Assembly (NCBI GenBank): GCA_907165135.1 | Contig: OU015566.1 | Location: forward strand, 12,710,001-12,774,000 | Reading direction: 5' to 3' | Source of the DNA: Oikopleura dioica | Taxonomy: Eukaryota > Animalia > Chordata | Length of the DNA stretch: 64,000 nt | Shown here: in pieces, positions 38,935 to 64,000 of the stretch | Numbering within the stretch: position 1 is the first letter of the stretch | Layout of the letters: each line of letters begins with the position of its first letter | The notes under the pieces: generated by a model | What the model was told of the DNA's origin: nothing | The model's input: only the letters and a program-made list of their open reading frames with translations | Database searches by the model: none | Made by a program: the position numbers and the translations under genes

Positions 38935-39989
38935 CTTATTAGTCTGATGCTTATCCGAAGGTTAATCTGTTCAAGGGTTCAATAAAATATTCTGATTGAA
39001 AATCTGTTTGACTGTCTAACTTCTTCTCGAAGGAACTCAGTTCATTTTAAAAGTTCGTTTGAATGCAGATCGGTAAAAAATATGCGCTCAATTTCGCGAT
39101 CAATTGAGCAATTATCAATTAGTATTCATTAAAAAGAGCAGTTCATCCTCATTAAGTTTCCCAAACTTGGTTCAAAGGCAAGAGAAGAGAGCATGAAGAT
39201 ACTAACAGGTTGAGAAATTAGCGTTTTCACATAGTTAAGATCTTTTTCTAGCGTTATTCCTGACAGTCAACTTAGTCTTTGCTGCTCAGACTATTTCAGA
39301 GCCAGAGGAAGACCTCTCATTTGAAGCTATTTTTGGGCTTGAGCCGGAGCAGTTACGATTTCTAAGTAAAAGATTTCTCTCGTTTCATAACCATAATTTT
39401 GAAGTGAATGGTATTCCTGTTGTCATTCCTTACCCAAGATCAAATCCGGAAGCAAAAGAAAAGCGAGGAGCGTACGATTTGTATGAAAGAAAATCAAAGG
39501 AAGTGTTTCAATTTGATTCTCGTTTTTACGAGTTTACTAATTGATAGTATTTGGTTCTGCCAAGTTGGAACATATTATGACTATTGTTGACTCAGTTAGT
39601 ATTGAAACCTCAAAGTTCAAATGCCGTCCATTCTACTGGAAATCGTACCGAATGTGTTCAGTTCATCTTCGCGCTTTGTAAATTTATTGATCATTTGAAA
39701 GAAATAAAGTTCAAGCAGGGTTGGTTGTATTATGACATTGGTATATTACATTGAATGAGGCACCGTTGCGATGCATGCAGCATGTTATCAACAAAATAAT
39801 CATTTTTTCAGCAAAACCGATTATTTCAAACACGCATAATTATGTTGTTTATGAGCAAAACGAGTTACCAAACGCGAGTTGTATCCTTGAAAAAGTGGAA
39901 AATGCTTCGAAAAATTTGAAGAAGGTGGCCTATTAAACCGCTCATTTCGCTTGTTTCCGTACAGATGTTGAAGGTCAGAAGAGGCAGTC

Positions 39990-41406
39990 TTGTCTTTGCT
40001 TTTGGTGAGAAGCGGAGTACGGAAGCGCAAGTCAACCAAGTTAAACAACTCTTTTCATTTTCACCGAATGAGTTCCAAAAGCGAGGAAAAAGGAACGGAA
40101 AAAGAGAGCATAAATAAAAATCAGCCGAAGACGGAAACTGCGCATAAGAAAGAACCTTCTGCTAAAGATGAAAAAGAAACTGAAACTCCAAAGAAAATTG
40201 TGAGGCCAAAGTCAGGAATCAAGAATCCTGTCAGTGACAAGCCGGTCAACAAGGAATCAAAGAACGTAAATACAACTAAAGATGAAACTAAAGACGAGAG
40301 CTCAAAAGAAAACGCTGATGATCCGATGACCTACTGGAGCAAAAGTAGGAGACATAGAAAAGGGTTAAGATTTGAAGATTTATGAATTGAAGAATTTCGA
40401 GGGGTAAGGGTGGGAGAAAACTGATAGAAATGCAGATTTACTGCGAGAACATCAGTAAGCTAACACAGCCTGCGAGTTTTTCTTAGCCGAAAAATTGCGG
40501 CATGAAACTTCAATGCCTTGTCACCGAAAATAATGACGAGCAAATATCAGAGCGGATTGGAAGGGGACCGCAGAATCGACACCTCGATTCTTTTTATTCG
40601 GTAAAGGAAATGAACTCTTCCTACTCGCCTGATTTGAAACGAAAAATATCTGACCTTGAAGTTACATTCTTCTACGATTCTATAATTTCTTTAACCCGAG
40701 CTCAGCTCTTTCGGCGAGAATCGCAGTAGACGCGATAGAAAAGCAAGTGTGGATTTGTGGCTCATGGTAAAGGAAATGTCAGACAGTCGTTAACAGCGAT
40801 ATGTGTGATTTGTTTCGTGAGTATCTTAGTTTTTCCATTCCATAAAAAAATGATGACACTTGAAAAAGGACGCTCAACTGCTGCAGGAAAAAGCAAGGCG
40901 GAAGAAATTGGAGGACGAGGAAAAGGCAAAAGCGACAAAGAAGCTCAAGAAAAATCTCACGTAACAGCTGTTTCAGCTGATGCTTGTTGATTGATTGTTT
41001 TCAGTTACGAAGATTGGTTGCAGTCGAAGTCATCATCAATTCGTCGAGCATCCGCCACCCCGGCTTATAATTTTGATCGTCGAGGATCTTCAGCATCAGT
41101 TTCAAGTGAGTTCTATTCATCGAACTTGTGAAAATTTATTGAAAGGCGAGCGGAGAGAATCACTACCAATTATTGCGCCCGGAAGAAGAGGAAGTCTCGT
41201 GTCAAAGCATAATCCAAACAGAAGACTGTCGCATCAGGAGTGGGACGAGCTCAAGGAGGAGAAGAAACTGGCTGAGGCGGAGAAAGAAGCTCTTGGTTTT
41301 TAATATGCTCAAAAATTATATTTTTCTTAAATTATTTGTGCATCAGAAATCGAAAAGAAAATTGCAGAAAAACGGGCAGCGATATCAAAACGACGAACAA
41401 GTTTGA
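39990..41406 (+). CDS. Hypothetical Lys/Glu-rich low-complexity protein(s), exon structure uncertain
   Basis: Several charged ORFs (e.g. MSSKSEEKGTEKES..., ELKEEKKLAEAEKE); AATAAA near 41468; no recognisable domain. Confidence 0.3.
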
Positions 41407-41521
41407 AACCAACGATTTCAACTGTACCCGAAAAGACTTGAATGAAAACTTTCCTCTTTTCTTATCAAATAAATGTTTATTTTTTTATCTATTCAAGTTT
41501 GCAAGGTAATTCATATTCATT

Positions 41522-41899
41522 TTAGTCAGATTTTATTTTTTGCAAGTCATCGGCAGACAGATTTTTGGAAACAGCAAGTAATTTTCCATTGATTTCCTTT
41601 TGGAATTCTTGACGTTTTTCTTCCTTTCTTCTTACGATTTCCAGTTTTTGTTCGTACACGAAGCATTGGTACATCTCTTCGGTTTGAGGATCGGAAACGG
41701 TGACTGGCTTGGGATTCTTCGGTGATTCGAAGAAGATCGACAGCAAACCCATTTCCTCAAGCCAAGCGCGATCCCAGTCGCCATCCTTTTCTTGTGAAAT
41801 CTTCTCGGATTTTGCACATTTTTCTAGGGGATGTTGGATAAAAGGGGTTTTGCCGAGGATTTTTCGTGGTCGAGGAGTAGAGCTGTTGTTGGTAGACAT
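41522..41899 (-). CDS. Hypothetical protein (at least the last exon)
   Basis: 125-aa ORF with protein-like composition, convergent with the 39990-41406 gene, poly(A) signal (TTTATT on +) near 41477. Confidence 0.35.
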   Translation of the reverse strand: MSTNNSSTPRPRKILGKTPFIQHPLEKCAKSEKISQEKDGDWDRAWLEEMGLLSIFFESPKNPKPVTVSDPQTEEMYQCFVYEQKLEIVRRKEEKRQEFQKEINGKLLAVSKNLSADDLQKIKSD

Positions 41900-42314
41900 T
41901 TTCTTTTTGTTGTTTTGGTGTCTTGTTTGGTTGATCTGATAGCACCGGATTTAGATCCTGGTTATATGGGGAGGTTCACCGAATGAGGGCGGTAGATCAC
42001 CCAGTAGTGGCACGAACTTCATACCCCGCTGAGAGTAGAAGTCCCCTGCGTCGTTTGATACGAATCTATCTAGTAAGTAATTTATCATTTTTACTTGGTA
42101 ATCAGAATCATGTTGAATCAGCTGAAATCATTGCTAATGGCATGTTCAATCACAGTTATGACAAAATATAATCGCATGCTGAGATTTATGGAAGATTCTC
42201 GGATTTTAACCAAAAACGAGCGCTGTCCGGTAAACAATAAACAAATCCTCCGTGGAGCGGTTCAGAAGGCATTTTTTCGGTAATGTTCTAAGAGCTTGCT
42301 CTTCGAGAGCAAAA

Positions 42315-60722
<18,408 letters not shown>

Positions 60723-61099
60723 AAGTCATTAAAATTTGTACAAGATCTTCAAATAAACTCACAATCAAGGCAAAAATTCTTTGAAGGACCCGGTCATGAC
60801 GCGTTTTCTAAACTCAGAAAAGCCTGGCTTATCTTCATGGCACGTATGTGCTCAGAACTTTGGACAGCGGACACGTCAGATTACGAATTAATCCGTATTT
60901 CATTTCGGAGGGTGAATATTTTCATTACCGCAAAGTAAAATTCGAGAACCTAAGTTTTTGAGATGAATTTTTTATAAACAGAATTGAAGATTTTCTTGTA
61001 ACAAATAGAAAAATACGGAGCTTCAAAACAATAATTTTATTGTTTTCGCTATGCAAAAGAAGGTACGGAAAAGGGTTGAATACGTCGATTCAGAAGTAT

Positions 61100-61520
61100 T
61101 TAGCAGTCGGCGATTCGGGAGAAGATGTTTCGCATTCGGTTGGTTCGCTTGGCGAAGGTGTTGGGGAAGTTCTTCTTGGGGTAGGATTCGGGGCAGCCGA
61201 AGACTCGGATGTAGGATCGGAGAGCAGAGGCGAGCTGACCGTTGAGCTTGCAGAAGTCTTCCTGGTCGAAGACGAGGACGGAGTCGGCATCTTCCTCAGC
61301 TTCTGGGCATGGGTAGGTGGTGTCGAGATCCCGGGCCTGGGCGAAGACTCGGTCGACCCACTTCTGGGCTCGGGCGACGTTCTTGTCGGAGGTGGTGGTG
61401 TTGTTGTCAGCCAAGTCGAGGAGGGTGTTGGCGATTTCTCTGGGCTAAAATTTCTTAAACAACTTACTCTTTGTTCTTGCCAGCAGCGGCGACGACGACG
61501 AGAGTAGCGGCGAGCTTCAT
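61100..61520 (-). CDS. Small secreted 4-Cys protein, paralog A (possibly a pseudogene: shortened intron and exon 2 start)
   Basis: MKLAATLVVAAAGKNK signal exon, then LLDLADNNTTTSDKNVARAQKW...FDQEDFCKLNGQL...RIADC*. The intron is only 23 nt and out of phase unless a downstream AG (28-nt intron) is used. Confidence 0.65.
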
Positions 61521-61569
61521 TTTATGTGATTTTTTTTCTTTTTTATTCCTAGATTTTTAATCACCCGGA

Positions 61570-61623
61570 TTATATATTGTTGCCTTCTGAGAGTCAGCAC
61601 TTGGTGGTGCTGATGCTAGGTCA
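61570..61623 (-). promoter_or_regulatory. Shared promoter module of the secreted paralogs (TGACCTAGCA-CAGCACCACCAA plus TATA)
   Basis: A 23-bp motif at 61601-61623 recurs with one mismatch at 62527-62549; GCACCACC at 63286; each lies upstream of a TATA box (61570, 62497, 63307). Confidence 0.55.
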
Positions 61624-61951
61624 CTCAAAAGTACCTCCGGCACCACGTTTTGCTAATAAACACTACATAGATTTCGTCAGACAAGACGTCTATTTTTAGC
61701 TTTTTCTGTAATAAGGACCCGTTTCTTAGGCAGTAAGAAAGCTTTCTTTGATTATAAAATAATGATTTAAAATAAGATATTCTAAATAAAAGCTCAAGTT
61801 ATTATTCATAAATACTAGAATTTAAATACAAAAATGTTTAATAAAAAACTAATTAAAATAAAAGAAATGTCTTTTTCAAAACAATAATTTTATTGTTTTC
61901 GCTATGCAGAAGAAAGTAAAGAAAAGGATGAAACAGTTGAATCAGAAGTAT

Positions 61952-62443
61952 TTAGCAGTCGGCGATTCGGGAGAAGATGTTCTTCATTCGGTTGGTTCGC
62001 TTGGCGAAAACGTTGGCGAAGTTCTTCTTGGGGAAGGAGCCGTCGCAGCCGTAGGTTCGGACGAAGGATCGGAGGGCAGATCCGAGCTGGCTGTTGAGCT
62101 TGCAGAAGTTGTCCTGATCAAAGACGAGGACTTCGTCGGATTCTTCGGCAGAGGGGCAAGGGAAGGTAGTGTCGATCTTGGCGACATCGGCGAAGACCTT
62201 GTCGACCCACTTCTGGGCTCGGGCGACGTTCTTGTCGGAGGTGGTGGTGTTGTTGTCGGCCAAGTCAAGGAGGGTTTCGGCGTGTCCTCGGAGCTTGTTG
62301 ATTCGCCTGACGGGGCTAAAGAATTGATTTATTCCTTGTTCAAAATATTCAGTTTCTCTCTCTCTGTTGACTTTTCTTGCAATAACTTACTCCTTGTTTT
62401 TGCCAGCAGCGGCGACGACGAAGAGGGTGGCGGCGAGCTTCAT
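61952..62443 (-). CDS. Small secreted 4-Cys protein, paralog B (2 exons)
   Basis: MKLAATLFVVAAAGKNKD|PVRRINKLRGHAETLLDLADNN...FDQDNFCKLNSQL...RIADC*; phase-2 GT-AG intron. Confidence 0.85.
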
Positions 62444-62954
62444 TTTTATATTTCAAGTTTTTATCTAACTTAATTTATTGAAGGTCTCTTCGTTCATTTT
62501 ATACTGTTTTCGTATCCATCGTGCGCTTGGTGGTGCTGGTGCTAGGTCACTTCGTAAATGCAACCGTTGCATTTTCGACAGCTCCGGGCTAACTAACGCT
62601 ACATGAGTTTTGCAATTCTTTTTTTAGTAGATCGTTAATGAGGCCAGTTTTATTTTAATTTTGAAAGACAAAAAATCAAAAATATACAATTCTGATTCTT
62701 CAAGTCTTCATGAAAATGCCTTGATTGATAATTTAGAACCCTCGCGTCCACCATTGTTTCTTTCTAAATTTCCACGTGCTTCAAAAGATTCACTCGTGAA
62801 AATAAGTCCGACAATCAAAAATTCAGATCCTACCGCTGCTATTAACGAATAAAAAAAGTGACAGCCGGTGATTTTTGAGGCTTTTTATAAGTATTTGATT
62901 TTATCTCAGATTTATAATCGCCAGCTCAAAATTCATGGATAAAAACAAAAAAAA

Positions 62955-63115
62955 ATGAAGCTTGCTACGGTCTTTTATCGCAGCTGTATTCGCTTAGAAA
63001 TAAGTTATTTCAAATAACGAAAGATAGCTTTCGTCAGAAATACGCTTGAAAATTAGATAATTTTTTAGCCCGGAAAAGCGGATCGCCAAGATGCTTTGCT
63101 CGAATTGCTGATTAT
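62955..63115 (+). pseudogene. Decayed fourth copy of the secreted paralog family
   Basis: ATGAAGCTTGCTACGGTC (MKLATVF, frameshifted IAAVFA) and TTTAG|CCCGGAAAAGCGGATCGCCAAG (PEKRIAK, compare PAKRLAK), followed by a truncated ALLEL. Confidence 0.55.
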
Positions 63116-63376
63116 CAAAATAAAAATAAATTCATCTATCGTGTTTATTATTTTTGATCAACTTTGTAAATGATCAAAACGCGGAAGCAAAGATGCCGTT
63201 CTTATAGTAAGAAGATATATTACTTCAAGAGGTTAAGCATGCGACTGCTCTGACCCGCAACTCCTGGCGCGCGCCACCTTGTGTCGCACCACCACCGCCA
63301 AAAATAGTATAAATCTAAGAATCGGCGGCTGATAAATCATTGTAATTCAGATATTTGAATACCAACATCACCAAAA

Positions 63377-63892
63377 ATGAAACTCGCCGTTGCCGTCTTC
63401 GCCGTCGCCACTGCTGGCAAGAACAAGGAGTAAGTAGTCAACAACTAGAGATATTAAATATAAGCATTTATGCTTGAATGATATTATTGATCGTAAAATG
63501 TGCAAATATTCATCTCGACTTTTAGCCCCGCCAAGCGATTGGCTAAGCTCGAAGGACACGCCGCTACCCTCCTCGACTTGGCTGACAACAACACCACCAC
63601 CTCCGACAAGAACGTCGCCCGAGCCCAGAAGTGGGTCACCCGAGTCTTCGACCAGGCCAAGGATCTCGACACCACCTACCCATGCCCAGAAGCTGATGCT
63701 GACGCCGATGAAGTCCTCGTCTTCGACCAGGAAGACTTCTGCAAGCTCAACGGTCAGCTCGCCTCTGCTCTCCGATCCTACATCCGAGTCTTTGGCTGCC
63801 CCGAATCCTACCCCAAGAAGAACTTCCCCAACACCTTCGCCAAGCGAACCAACCGAATGCGAAACATCTTCGCCCGAATTGCCGACTGCTAA
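63377..63892 (+). CDS. Small secreted 4-Cys protein, paralog C (2 exons)
   Basis: MKLAVAVFAVATAGKNKD|PAKRLAKLEGHAATLLDLADNN...RIADC*; TATA at 63307, AATAAA at 63911. Confidence 0.87.
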
Positions 63893-64000
63893 ACATTTTA
63901 ACCGTTCTGGAATAAATACGCATTCGTTTATACATAACCCCCTGTCTCTTCATTTTTCTTTTGACATTTTTGAAAATCAGAAAAATGAGCATTTTATTAT

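Overview
Eukaryotic (not prokaryotic) DNA from a very compact animal genome, almost certainly the larvacean tunicate Oikopleura dioica or a close relative. This is inferred from 35-70 nt introns, GA-AG non-canonical introns, and densely packed co-oriented genes with splice acceptors just before the ATG. Positions 1-16.1 kb hold a minus-strand run of PQLC1, WBP2, a nucleolin-like gene, TMEM9, NCOA5, a BET bromodomain gene and an unusual dsRBD+DZF gene. Positions 17.8-32.5 kb hold a plus-strand run of RAD21, TUBGCP5, CYRI/FAM49, an arylsulfatase and an orphan membrane gene. These are followed by a diverged Frizzled/Smoothened-like gene, ZNF622 and orphans. Positions 42.3-60.7 kb are one giant secreted polyprotease gene (about 5,400 aa) with 17 trypsin-fold domains: the first nine are catalytically dead and six later ones have intact triads. 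The window ends with a cluster of small secreted paralogs. Six non-autonomous DNA transposons (hAT-, PIF/Harbinger- and piggyBac-like MITEs) are present. Four lie inside coding exons, and three of those can be spliced out exactly using TIR and TSD/flanking bases (GT-AG, GC-AG, GG-AG), so they look like introner-type intron gain in progress. Exon boundaries were read by hand and are approximate unless stated.
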